Below, piece by piece: positions 19,301 through 28,063 of a DNA stretch of 64,000 nt (its first letter is position 1; every line of letters starts with the position of its first letter). Origin of the DNA: Gemmatimonadota bacterium. GTDB taxonomy: Bacteria; Gemmatimonadota; Gemmatimonadetes; Gemmatimonadales; Gemmatimonadaceae. Position numbers and translations under genes: made by a program. The DNA is taken from NCBI GenBank assembly GCA_020161135.1, contig JAIUOB010000006.1, forward strand, positions 35,968 through 99,967, written 5' to 3'. The notes below the pieces were generated by a model. It saw only the letters and a program-made list of their open reading frames with translations, made no database searches and was not told the DNA's origin.

Positions 19301-20094
19301 GTGTGGCTCTCCGGCTCCACGAGATGCGCGCGCGTGGCGCGCGCCACGCCGGCGTTCGTGGCAATGAGGTCGCCGCCGAACGCCGTCGCGCGTCCACGCC
19401 AGTCGGTGAAGACGCCGCCCGCCTCGGTGATGAGCGGCTGGATCGCCGCGGCGTCCCACGGATTCACGATGTCGTCCACCATCACCTCCGCACGCCCGGT
19501 GGCCACGAGCAGATAGCCGTAGCAATCGCCCCACGTGCGCGCGACGTTGGCGTCTGCGGCCAGCGCCTGCCAACGTGCACGACGCGCAGGGCGGTCGGGG
19601 AAGCGCTCATCGGTGATGAGCACCGTGGCGTGTGCGAGCGACGACGCACGCGACACCTGCGCGCGACTGCCGTTCCACCAGCACCCTTCGCCGGGGGCCG
19701 CCGCGACCAGTTCGCCCACGGCCGGATAGCACGCGGCGCCGGCCAGCACGGTCTCCCCCTCGCAGCACGCGATGAGCGTGCCCCACAGTGGCACGCCGCG
19801 CACGAACGCCTTGGTGCCGTCGATGGGGTCGAGGATCCATCGACGCGGCGCGTCGCCGCGCTCGAGCCCGAACTCCTCGCCCATGATGCCGTCGTGCGGG
19901 AAGCGCTGCGCGATCCACGCGCGCGCCTCCTGTTCGGCCGTGCGATCGGCAATGGTCACGGGTGACCCGTCGCCCTTGATGTCCACGTCGAACGTCTGGC
20001 GATACCAGCGCATCGCGACCCCCGCCGCCAGTTCGGCCACTTCGGCGGCCGCCTGCAGCAACGTGGCCGGTGCGGCCGTCGTGCGCGCGCTCAT
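19297..20094 (-). CDS. hisN: Histidinol-phosphatase, inositol monophosphatase family
   Basis: [37 protein letters not shown]; located inside the his operon. Confidence 0.85.
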   Translation of the reverse strand: MSARTTAAPATLLQAAAEVAELAAGVAMRWYRQTFDVDIKGDGSPVTIADRTAEQEARAWIAQRFPHDGIMGEEFGLERGDAPRRWILDPIDGTKAFVRGVPLWGTLIACCEGETVLAGAACYPAVGELVAAAPGEGCWWNGSRAQVSRASSLAHATVLITDERFPDRPARRARWQALAADANVARTWGDCYGYLLVATGRAEVMVDDIVNPWDAAAIQPLITEAGGVFTDWRGRATAFGGDLIATNAGVARATRAHLVEPESHT

Positions 20095-20864
20095 GCGGCC
20101 ACCGCCGTCTGTCGCACGGGCAACCCCGCCTGCTGCATGACGCGCTTGAGCGCCGACACCGTGGTCACGCCGTCGTGCAGGATGCCGGCCACGAGCACCG
20201 CGTCGGCGCCGCCCTGCTGCACGGCCTCCACGAGGTGCGCCGCCGTCCCCGCACCGCCGCTCGCAATCACGGGCACCGGCACTGCCTCGGCCACCGCGCG
20301 CGTGAGCGCGAGGTCGTACCCGGTGCGCGCACCATCGCGATCGATGCTGGTGAGCAGGATCTCGCCGGCGCCGCGCGCGACGCACTCCTGCGCCCACGCC
20401 ACCGCCTCGAGCGGCGTCTCCTCGCGCCCGCCCTTCACCCACACGGTGTACACGCCCTGCGCGTTGCGCTTCGCATCGATGCTGGCCACCACGCATTGCG
20501 CGCCGAAGCGATCGGCCGCCGCCGTGAGCACCGCGGGGTCGGACACCGCGGCCGAGTTGAGCGACACCTTGTCGGCGCCGGCCCGCAAGGCGCGCGCGAC
20601 GTCGTCGGCGGTGCGCACACCGCCGCCGATCGTGAGCGGCACGAACAGCCGCTCCGCCGTGCGGCGCGCCACGTCGAGCAGCGTCGCGCGCTCCTCGGCG
20701 CTGGCCGAAATGTCGAGGAAGGTGATCTCGTCGGCGCCGGCAGCCTCGTAGTGGGCGGCCAGCGCGACGGGATCACCCACGTCGCGCAGCCCCACGAAGT
20801 TGACGCCCTTCACCACACGCCCGCCCTTCACGTCGAGGCAGACGATGACCCGTCGCGTGAGCAT
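20091..20864 (-). CDS. hisF: Imidazole glycerol phosphate synthase cyclase subunit
   Basis: RVIVCLDV...[37 protein letters not shown]. Confidence 0.96.
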   Translation of the reverse strand: MLTRRVIVCLDVKGGRVVKGVNFVGLRDVGDPVALAAHYEAAGADEITFLDISASAEERATLLDVARRTAERLFVPLTIGGGVRTADDVARALRAGADKVSLNSAAVSDPAVLTAAADRFGAQCVVASIDAKRNAQGVYTVWVKGGREETPLEAVAWAQECVARGAGEILLTSIDRDGARTGYDLALTRAVAEAVPVPVIASGGAGTAAHLVEAVQQGGADAVLVAGILHDGVTTVSALKRVMQQAGLPVRQTAVAA

Positions 20865-21407
20865 TCAGCCGGTCACCTCGAGACGCACCGCGCCCTTGGT
20901 GCTGAACACCGCGCCGGTCTCCTCGAGCGCCTGCCGCAGGCAGAACCCCAGGGCCTTGAACGCCGCCTCGATGATGTGATGCCGGTCTTCGCCGCGCAGC
21001 ACGCGCACATGCAACGTGGCCTTCGCGTTGTCGGCGAAGGAGCGGAAGAAGTGCTCGTACAGCCCCGAGGGGAGCGGCCCGCGGTAGAACGGCCGGCCGC
21101 CGAGGTCGAGCACCACCTGGACGAGTGCGTCGTCCATGGGCACGGTGCGCTCGCCGTAGCGTGCGCAGGTGGCCGGCGCGTGCGAAGCGAACGCCTGCCC
21201 CAGCGCGATGGCCACGTCCTCGATGAGGTGATGGCGCAGGTCGCCGCGCGCGCTGATGTCGAACGCCACGCCGCTGTAACGCGAGAGCGCGACCAGCATG
21301 TGGTCGAGGAACGGCTCGGTGGTGGCGATGGCCGGCTGCGCGCCGGCACTCGCGCCCAGCGCGATGCGGATCTGCGTCTCCTTCGATTCCCGCTGCACGA
21401 CGGTCAT
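20865..21407 (-). CDS. hisB: Imidazoleglycerol-phosphate dehydratase (monofunctional)
   Basis: RESKETQI, FLDHML, HHLIEDVAI, PMDDAL, HHIIEAAFKA. Confidence 0.93.
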   Translation of the reverse strand: MTVVQRESKETQIRIALGASAGAQPAIATTEPFLDHMLVALSRYSGVAFDISARGDLRHHLIEDVAIALGQAFASHAPATCARYGERTVPMDDALVQVVLDLGGRPFYRGPLPSGLYEHFFRSFADNAKATLHVRVLRGEDRHHIIEAAFKALGFCLRQALEETGAVFSTKGAVRLEVTG

Positions 21408-22117
21408 GCGCTGAACTCCTCCACGAGATGGCGCGCGTCGAGCGCACCGGTGTACAGGGCCATGCCGAGCACGGCGCCCGCCAGACCGCGATGTTCGAGC
21501 GCGCGCAGGTCGTCGACGCTGCTCACGCCCCCCGACGCCAGCACGGGCCAGGCGCTCGCCTCGGCCACGCGCTCCATGAGCCAGAGGTCGGTGCCCTGCA
21601 TCTGCCCTTCCTTGTGCACCGCCGTCACGAGCACGCCCGCCAGCGGCAGTGCCGAGAGCGAGGCGACGAAATCCGTCACGTCCAGCGTCGAGGTCTCGGC
21701 CCACCCCTTGGTGACGACCCGCTCCCCGCGCACATCCGCCGCGATGATGAGCTGGCCGGGATAGCGCGCCGCCATCGTCTCTCGCCACCCTTCGTCCTCG
21801 ACGGCGCGCGTGCCCACCACCACCCACGAGGCACCCTCGTCGAGGAGTTGCACGATGCGGGCCTCGTCGCGCACGCCGCCGCCCACCTGCACCGGCACCG
21901 GGCTCTCGCGCAGCAGGTCGCGCACCACGTCGTCGTTGTCGCCACGGCCGGTGGCCGCATCGAGGTCGACGATGTGCAACCGGCCGAAGCCGGCGCGCAC
22001 CCACTCGCGCGCCACGGCGAGCGGGTCGTCGAGACGGACGCGCTCGTCGGCGTAGTCGCCGCCCACCAGTTGCACCACATGGCCACCGCGCAGGTCGATG
22101 GCGGGAATCGCGATCAT
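21404..22117 (-). CDS. hisA: ProFAR isomerase
   Basis: IPAIDLRGGHVVQL, LHIVDLDAA, QVGGGVR, ASGGVSS, GMALY. Confidence 0.93.
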   Translation of the reverse strand: MIAIPAIDLRGGHVVQLVGGDYADERVRLDDPLAVAREWVRAGFGRLHIVDLDAATGRGDNDDVVRDLLRESPVPVQVGGGVRDEARIVQLLDEGASWVVVGTRAVEDEGWRETMAARYPGQLIIAADVRGERVVTKGWAETSTLDVTDFVASLSALPLAGVLVTAVHKEGQMQGTDLWLMERVAEASAWPVLASGGVSSVDDLRALEHRGLAGAVLGMALYTGALDARHLVEEFSA

Positions 22118-22767
22118 GCGCTCCTCCGGAGCGTCGAAGCCAGGTCGAGAAACGCGCGCACGAACGCCAGTCCCGGCGCACTCGACTTCTCAGGGTGAAA
22201 CTGGGTGCCCACCACGTTGCCGCGCCGCACGGCGGCGGGGAAGCGATCCCCGTCGTGTTCGCTCCACGCGGTCACGAACGCCATGCCCGCGTCCGTGGGA
22301 CGCGCGACATAGCTGTTGGCATAGTACGCCACATCGAGCGCACTCGCCGCGAGCAGCACGTCGGTGGCATCGTCCACGGTGTTCCAGCCGATCTGCGGCA
22401 CGCGCACTGCGCGCAGCTTCTCGACGCGGCCGGGCACGACGCCCAGCCCTGCACCGGGTCCTTCATCGCTGCCGTCGAACAGCAGCTGCATCCCCAGGCA
22501 GATGCCGAGTGTCGGCAGGCCGCCGTGCAAGGCGTCGCGCATCGCCTCGAGGCCACCGGCAAGACGCTCGGCCGCCGGTGCGAACGCTCCGACACCCGGC
22601 AGCACGAGAGCGTCGGTGTCCTGCACGGCACGGGCGGCGTCCGTCTCGACGTGCACGGTGCCGCCACCCGCCTCGAGTGCCTTGACCAGCGAGTGCAAGT
22701 TGCCGGCGCCGTAGTCGAACACCGTCACGCGCAGCGCGCCCGTGGCGCGCAGACTCTCCGCGCTCAT
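22114..22767 (-). CDS. hisH: Imidazole glycerol phosphate synthase glutamine amidotransferase subunit
   Basis: DYGAGNL, LPGVGAF, LGICLGMQ, VPQIGWN, QFHPEKS. Confidence 0.94.
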   Translation of the reverse strand: MSAESLRATGALRVTVFDYGAGNLHSLVKALEAGGGTVHVETDAARAVQDTDALVLPGVGAFAPAAERLAGGLEAMRDALHGGLPTLGICLGMQLLFDGSDEGPGAGLGVVPGRVEKLRAVRVPQIGWNTVDDATDVLLAASALDVAYYANSYVARPTDAGMAFVTAWSEHDGDRFPAAVRRGNVVGTQFHPEKSSAPGLAFVRAFLDLASTLRRSA

Positions 22768-23828
22768 CGGGTCACCTCCGCCGTCGCCGCATCGAACGCC
22801 GCGAGAAACTGCTCCATGAGCGGCCACGGCCCCACGCTCACACGCAGGGTGTCACCCACATGCGGCAGCGCCTCGAACGGACGCGCCGCGACACCGCGTG
22901 CCCGCAACGCCTGTCCCACCGCCACCGCCTGCGCGACCGGCACACAGACAAAGTTGGCCGCGCTGTCGAGCGGCGCGTACCCGCGTGCGCGCAGCGCGTC
23001 GGCCAGTCGGTCGCGGTTGGTCACCGCCAGCGCGGCGTGATCGGCCACCCACGTCGCGTCCTCACGCAGCGCCGCCAGCGCGACCGTCTCGGCCATCGCG
23101 TTCAGCTTGTATGGCCCGCGCGACTTCTCGACGTCGCGCACCAGCGCCGGATGCCCGATGCCATAACCCACACGCAACCCCGCGAGACCGAACGCCTTCG
23201 ACATGGTGCGAATGACGAGCACGTTCTCGTGCTCCAGCGCCAGTCGCGCCGACGACACCCCGGCGAACTCCGCGTAGGCCTCGTCGATGAACACCACCCC
23301 CGGCGCCTCGCGCACGGCGCGTTCGAGCGTGGCGCGCGCCACCAGGGCGCCGGTGGGATTGTTGGGTGAGCAGAGGTAGAGGATGCGTGGCCGTGTGGCC
23401 AGCAACGCATCGAGGTCGGGCTGCTGGTCCGCACGTTCCGTGATCCCCGCGTACGCGAGACCGTTCATCTGCGCGAAGATGGGGATCATTGCGAACGAAG
23501 GCTCCGAGCTCGCCACGAGACTCCCGGGCTCGCCGAACGCGCGCATCGCGCTGTCGAGGATGTCATCGGAGCCGCAGCCGGTCACCAGATAGTCGGCCGG
23601 CACCCCCACGTATGCCGCGAGCGCGTCCTTGAGCTCCGCGCTGTACAGCGACGGGTAACGCGTCACGCGCGAGACCGGCAGGGCGCGCCAGGTGCGCTCC
23701 GCCGCTGGTGGCATCCCCCACAGGTTCGTGTTGTCCGTCAGGTCGAGCGCCACCGGTGCGCGCTTGGGGTCGTACAGCGGCACGCCGTCGTACAGCGCGC
23801 GCGCGAAGGCCAGTCGATCGCTGCTCAT
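22764..23828 (-). CDS. hisC: Histidinol-phosphate aminotransferase
   Basis: GSDDIL, CSPNNPTG, IDEAY, RTMSKAFGLAGLRVGY. Confidence 0.93.
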   Translation of the reverse strand: MSSDRLAFARALYDGVPLYDPKRAPVALDLTDNTNLWGMPPAAERTWRALPVSRVTRYPSLYSAELKDALAAYVGVPADYLVTGCGSDDILDSAMRAFGEPGSLVASSEPSFAMIPIFAQMNGLAYAGITERADQQPDLDALLATRPRILYLCSPNNPTGALVARATLERAVREAPGVVFIDEAYAEFAGVSSARLALEHENVLVIRTMSKAFGLAGLRVGYGIGHPALVRDVEKSRGPYKLNAMAETVALAALREDATWVADHAALAVTNRDRLADALRARGYAPLDSAANFVCVPVAQAVAVGQALRARGVAARPFEALPHVGDTLRVSVGPWPLMEQFLAAFDAATAEVTR

Positions 23829-25171
23829 GTCGCCACCTCGCGTGATACAGGGGTCTGCCAGGCGCGCGCCGCCGCGGCGTGGGCCGGCAGCCCTTCGGCG
23901 TCGGCGAACGTGCCCACGCTGTCCGCCAGCCGCGCGGCGGCGTCGGGCGTCACCTCCTGCCACGTCGTCCAGCGCACGAAGTCGAGCGTCGACAGCCCCG
24001 AGTAGCTGCGCGCCGCGCCTGCCGTGGGCAGCACATGATTGGCGCCCGTCATGTAGTCGCCGAACGCCACGCTGCTCGACGCCCCCACGAACACGGTGCC
24101 CGCACAGCGCAGCGCGGCCAGCGCGTCGGAGCGCGCATCATCACGAACCACCAGCAGCAGGTGCTCTGCGGCCCACGCGTTCGCGAAGGCGATGGCGTCG
24201 GCGCACGACGGCACGCGCACGATGCCACCGCGCGCGGCCAGCGCCGCGCGCGCGATGTCGGCGCGGGGCGCGGCGTCCAGCAGCGCGGCCAGCGCGGTCT
24301 CCACCTGCGCCGCCAGTGCCGTGCACGCGCCCGCATCGTCCGCGAGCACGCACACCACGGCCGCGTCCGGGTCGTGCTCCGCCTGCGCCAGCATCTCGCG
24401 GGCGATCACCTGGGCGTCGGCCGTCGCGTCCCCCAGCACCAATAGCTCGCTCGGCCCGGCCGGCGCGTCGATCGCGACGTGTGCGACCAGTTGCACCTTG
24501 GCCTCGGCCACCCACGCGTTCCCCGGCCCCACGATGCGATCGACGCGCGGCACACTCTCGGTGCCCAGGGCCATGGCGGCAATGGCGCCTGCACCGCCAA
24601 CGGCAAACACGCGATCGACGCCAGCCAGCGCGGCCGCCGCGAGCACCACATCGCTGGGCAGGCCGTCCGGGCCCGGCGGCGAACAGACGATCACTTCGCT
24701 CACGCCGGCAACGCGCGCGGGAATCGCGCCCATGAGCAGCGAGCTCGGATACGCGGCGCGTCCGCCGGGCGCGTACACCCCCACGCGCTGCAGCGGGTCG
24801 GGGCGACGCCCCACCGTGATGCCGGGTTCGGGCGTGCACACCGTCGCCTGCGGACGAAAGGCCTCGTGCACCGCCGCGATGTTGCGCGCAGCACGCTCGA
24901 GCGCCGCACGCACGGGGGCGTCGAGACGCGTGAGCGCCGCGTCCCACGCGGCGCGGGGCACTTCGAGCGAGGTCAGGGTGGCGCCGTCGAACGTGCGCGC
25001 GAACTGCCGCAGCGCGGCGTCACCGTCGGTGCGCACCGCCTCGATGAGTTCGGCCGTGCGGGCGCGTACGCCCGGATCGGTCGTGGACTGTCGATCGTCG
25101 AGCGCGCGACGCGCTGACGCATCGAGCGCGGACAGCGGGCCACGGGCCCGCAACGCGACGGGCTGACTCAT
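23825..25171 (-). CDS. hisD: Histidinol dehydrogenase
   Basis: GVYAPGGRAAYPSS, IVGPGNAWV, IDAPAGPSE, QAEHD, AAEHL, GDYMTGANHVLPT, EGLPAHA. Confidence 0.96.
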   Translation of the reverse strand: MSQPVALRARGPLSALDASARRALDDRQSTTDPGVRARTAELIEAVRTDGDAALRQFARTFDGATLTSLEVPRAAWDAALTRLDAPVRAALERAARNIAAVHEAFRPQATVCTPEPGITVGRRPDPLQRVGVYAPGGRAAYPSSLLMGAIPARVAGVSEVIVCSPPGPDGLPSDVVLAAAALAGVDRVFAVGGAGAIAAMALGTESVPRVDRIVGPGNAWVAEAKVQLVAHVAIDAPAGPSELLVLGDATADAQVIAREMLAQAEHDPDAAVVCVLADDAGACTALAAQVETALAALLDAAPRADIARAALAARGGIVRVPSCADAIAFANAWAAEHLLLVVRDDARSDALAALRCAGTVFVGASSSVAFGDYMTGANHVLPTAGAARSYSGLSTLDFVRWTTWQEVTPDAAARLADSVGTFADAEGLPAHAAAARAWQTPVSREVAT

Positions 25172-26058
25172 GGCACCAACCGCTCGATGCGCGTCACGAG
25201 AATCCCCTCGGCGCCCACCGCGCGCAGCTGCGAGATGGTGCGGTAGATCGTGTCGGCGCCCACCACCGCGTGCACCGCCACGAAGCCGCCGCCGTTGGCG
25301 ATGTCGATGACCGTCGGGCCATTGAGCCCGGGCAGCACGCCACGCACCGCGTCGAGCGCCGCCTTCGGGACGTTGGCCATGAGGTAGCGCTGGCCGCGCG
25401 CGCGAATGACGCTCGCCAACGCAATCACGAGGTCGTCGAGCGCGCGTCCGCGTTCGCCCGCATCGGGCGGCGGAAACCCCTCGGCCGTGATGAGCCGCGC
25501 CGTCGAACGGAGCACCGTCTCGACCTCGCGCAGCCCGTTCACCCGCAGCGTCGACCCCGTGCTGGTGAGGTCGACGACCACGTCCGCGATGCCGAGGTGC
25601 GGTGCGATCTCGGCCGCCCCCGACACTGGCACCACGTCGACCGGCAGCCCCTGCGCCTCGAAGAAGCGGCGGGTCACGCCCGGAAACACTGTCGCCACCC
25701 GCACCGGCCGGCCGGCCGTCGCCGCGCTGGCCCGCATGTCGTCGAGGGTGCGGATCCCCGCGTCCTCCCGCGCCGCCACCACCAGCCGGCAGCGCCCGAA
25801 CCCGAGGTCGAGGTGGGTCGTGAGGGGGCGGCCGGACTCGTTCACGAGGTCCCAGCCGGTCACCCCCACGTCGGCGGCGCCGTCGGCCACGAACTCGGGG
25901 ATGTCCTGGGCGCGGACGAAGATGGCCTCGAACTCCCCGCCCAGGGAGGCGGACAGGGCCCGTTCACCGGACGACCGGACTTCGAGGCCGGCGTCGGTGA
26001 ACAGTTCGCGGGTGTCTTCGGCCAGACGCCCCTTGTTGGGGAGGGCGATGCGGAGCAT
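25168..26058 (-). CDS. hisG: ATP phosphoribosyltransferase, long form
   Basis: IALPNKGRL, RAQDIP, DVGVTGWD, DLTSTGSTLRVNGL, C-terminal domain (LPGLNGPTV...GAEGILV). Confidence 0.95.
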   Translation of the reverse strand: MLRIALPNKGRLAEDTRELFTDAGLEVRSSGERALSASLGGEFEAIFVRAQDIPEFVADGAADVGVTGWDLVNESGRPLTTHLDLGFGRCRLVVAAREDAGIRTLDDMRASAATAGRPVRVATVFPGVTRRFFEAQGLPVDVVPVSGAAEIAPHLGIADVVVDLTSTGSTLRVNGLREVETVLRSTARLITAEGFPPPDAGERGRALDDLVIALASVIRARGQRYLMANVPKAALDAVRGVLPGLNGPTVIDIANGGGFVAVHAVVGADTIYRTISQLRAVGAEGILVTRIERLVP

Positions 26059-26100
26059 GACGACAGGGGGTGCGGGCGGCCGGGGCCGCCATGGGACAAC

Positions 26101-26130
26101 AAAAAAGGCCCGTCCGGAGTGGACGGGCCT
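26101..26130 (-). terminator. Intrinsic terminator of the his leader (attenuator)
   Basis: mRNA reads AGGCCCGUCC-ACUCC-GGACGGGCCU-UUUUU: a 10-bp stem whose last U begins a run of six U, 42 nt before the hisG ATG. Confidence 0.9.
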
Positions 26131-26169
26131 GGGAGCGAGCGGCGATGTCAGGTCAGCGCGAGGCGCTGG

Positions 26170-26253
26170 TCACCATGGCATGCACGCACCGCCCCGACCC
26201 GTCGGGCCGTGGCCATGATGCGTGTGATGGTGGCGCGTCTGCGTGCTGAGCAT
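26170..26253 (-). CDS. hisL: His-rich attenuator leader peptide, 27 aa, MLSTQTRHHHTHHGHGPTGRGGACMPW
   Basis: Manual translation from ATG 26253 to TGA 26170; six His codons within eight; lies between the promoter and the terminator preceding hisG. Confidence 0.85.
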   Translation of the reverse strand: MLSTQTRHHHTHHGHGPTGRGGACMPW

Positions 26254-26262
26254 GAGCCGCTG

Positions 26263-26291
26263 AGGCTAGCCGGAACCGGACAGGGCGTCAA
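26263..26291 (-). promoter_or_regulatory. Sigma70-type promoter of the his leader/operon
   Basis: TTGACG (26291-26286), 17-nt spacer, TAGCCT (26268-26263); 9 nt separate the -10 from the leader ATG. Confidence 0.65.
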
Positions 26292-26328
26292 GGGCGTTTT
26301 CCCTGAGAGCCCTTGGCGCTGCCGGGGC

Positions 26329-26346
26329 TTGTGAATAAGTTCACGA
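26329..26346. promoter_or_regulatory. Palindromic transcription-factor site (Rex-like or CRP/FNR-like)
   Basis: TTGTGAA-TAAG-TTCACGA: 13/14 to Rex consensus TTGTGAA-N4-TTCACAA and 9/10 to CRP TGTGA-N6-TCACA; AT-rich patch in a GC-rich divergent intergenic region. Confidence 0.55.
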
Positions 26347-26438
26347 AGTCCGCAGGGCCCTGCGGATGGGGGCGCCCCGACTGGGGGCCTCAGGCAGCAC
26401 AGGAAATTTCCGATCTAGGCTCTGGAGGCCTGACAAAC

Positions 26439-26939
26439 ATGCGGTTTCTCGGCTTTGCGGTGGTGACCGGCGCGGCGGTTCTGCTCGGCGCGTGCGGTGG
26501 TGGGGAGAAGGCCCCTGAGGCGGACACGACGCAGCCCTCGGCGGCGGCGGCGGCTCCGGCTCCTGAGGCGGCTCCGGCGGCGGCCGGTGCGGCGGCCATC
26601 ACGGGCACGACGCACGAAGTGAAGATGGTCGGTGACGCGCAGGGCTATCGTTTCGAGCCCGCCGAGATCACGATCAAGGCCGGCGACGGCATCAAGTTCA
26701 CGATGGTCAGCGGCGGCCCGCACAACGTGGCGTTCGACCCGGCCACGATCCCGGCCGCGGCGAAGTCGGTCCTCCTGGCCAACATGCCGGAGCAGGCGGG
26801 CGAGCTGTCGGGCAAGATGCTCCTCAACGCCAACGAGTCGTACACGATCTCGTTCGCGGGCGTCCCGGCTGGCACGTACGATTTCCACTGCACGCCGCAC
26901 CTCGCGATGAACATGAAGGGCAAGGTCACGGTCCAGTAA
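26439..26939 (+). CDS. Plastocyanin/azurin-family blue-copper lipoprotein
   Basis: Lipobox LLGAC, Ala/Pro linker, type-1 Cu ligands HNVAF and YDFHCTPHLAMNM; GGAGG RBS. Confidence 0.9.
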   Translation: MRFLGFAVVTGAAVLLGACGGGEKAPEADTTQPSAAAAAPAPEAAPAAAGAAAITGTTHEVKMVGDAQGYRFEPAEITIKAGDGIKFTMVSGGPHNVAFDPATIPAAAKSVLLANMPEQAGELSGKMLLNANESYTISFAGVPAGTYDFHCTPHLAMNMKGKVTVQ

Positions 26940-26961
26940 GCGGACCGCGTTCCAACGCACG

Positions 26962-26993
26962 ACGGGGGCCGGCGCACACGCGCCGGCCCCCGT
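26962..26993 (+). terminator. Terminator-like hairpin after the cupredoxin gene
   Basis: 14-bp perfect stem ACGGGGGCCGGCGC / GCGCCGGCCCCCGT, loop ACAC, followed by TTGCTT. Confidence 0.7.
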
Positions 26994-27029
26994 TTGCTTC
27001 CGTGCGGGCCGCTGCCTAACCTGCCTCGC

Positions 27030-27464
27030 ATGTGGGCCGACACTCTCCTGACGCTCGAACGCGGACACCTGCAGCGCCTGCTGCTGTGGGCCGCCGCCAG
27101 CGTCGTCATCGGCACCGCACTGCTCGCCCTGCTCGCGGCACGTCGCTCGGCCGCGCCGCTGCTGCGGCACTTCGCCATCCAGTGCATCGCCTGGGGGCTG
27201 GTCGACGCCGCCATCGTGGGCTGGGCCTGGCGTGGGCTCGCCTATCGCGACTTCGCCGGCGTGCAGAAGCTGCTCAACATCCTCTGGCTGAACGTCGGCC
27301 TCGACGCGGGGTACGCCGCCGTCGGCATCACCATCGCGCTGCTCGGCTGGCGCTGGGGCGCACGACTTGGCGCCGTCGGCGCCGGGGTGGGCGTCGTGCT
27401 GCAGGGTCTCGTCCTCGCCCTGCTCGACCTGCGCCTCATTGCGCTCGTGGGTCCGCTGCGCTGA
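27030..27464 (+). CDS. Hypothetical four-TM membrane protein
   Basis: Four hydrophobic segments; WGLVDAAI and LWLNVGLDAGY look like conserved motifs; family not assigned. Confidence 0.7.
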   Translation: MWADTLLTLERGHLQRLLLWAAASVVIGTALLALLAARRSAAPLLRHFAIQCIAWGLVDAAIVGWAWRGLAYRDFAGVQKLLNILWLNVGLDAGYAAVGITIALLGWRWGARLGAVGAGVGVVLQGLVLALLDLRLIALVGPLR

Positions 27465-27523
27465 TCGTCCCGTCGGCTGCCTCGATTCGCATCGCATCGT
27501 CTCACCGCTCTCGCTGACCGATC

Positions 27524-28033
27524 ATGGAACCCGTCATCCCCGATCTCCGCGACACACCGCGCGCCGAAGCCTACGAGCGACTCGCCGAGATGCAGGCGCT
27601 GCTGCTCGAGGGCAGCGACGACGTCATCGCCGGCATGGCCACGACCGCCACGCTGCTGCATCACGCGTTCGGGCATCTGTGGACCGGCTTCTATCGCGTG
27701 GTGGTGCCCGACACCCTGCTCCGTGTCGGCCCGTACCAGGGGTCGCTCGGCTGCCAGGAAATCCGCTTCGGCCGCGGCGTCTGCGGCACCGCCGCGGCCG
27801 AGCGACGCACGGTCGTGGTCCCCGACGTGCACGCGTTCCCGGGACACATCGCGTGCGATGCGCGCTCGCGCAGCGAGATCGTCGTGCCGGTGTTCGACGC
27901 GCACGGCGCCCTGCTGGCCGTCCTCGACATCGACTCCCCGGAGCCCGCCGCGTTCGGCGACGACGATGAGGCCGGGCTCGCGCGTCTGGTGGCTTGGTTC
28001 GCCCGCACGACGTATGTTCCCGTCCCTGCCTGA
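27524..28033 (+). CDS. msrC: GAF-domain free methionine-(R)-sulfoxide reductase-like protein
   Basis: WTGFY, GPYQGSLGC, GRGVCG, HIACDARSRSEIVVP, VLDIDS. Confidence 0.82.
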   Translation: MEPVIPDLRDTPRAEAYERLAEMQALLLEGSDDVIAGMATTATLLHHAFGHLWTGFYRVVVPDTLLRVGPYQGSLGCQEIRFGRGVCGTAAAERRTVVVPDVHAFPGHIACDARSRSEIVVPVFDAHGALLAVLDIDSPEPAAFGDDDEAGLARLVAWFARTTYVPVPA

Positions 28034-28063
28034 CCCCTCTGCGCGAGACGCACGGCCCATGCC

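Noticed and set aside
19297-22181. Long N-terminal extensions of HisN, HisB and other ORF-track entries
   Set aside because: Extensions overlap neighbouring genes in other frames; downstream ATGs give normal lengths and 4-bp stop/start overlaps.
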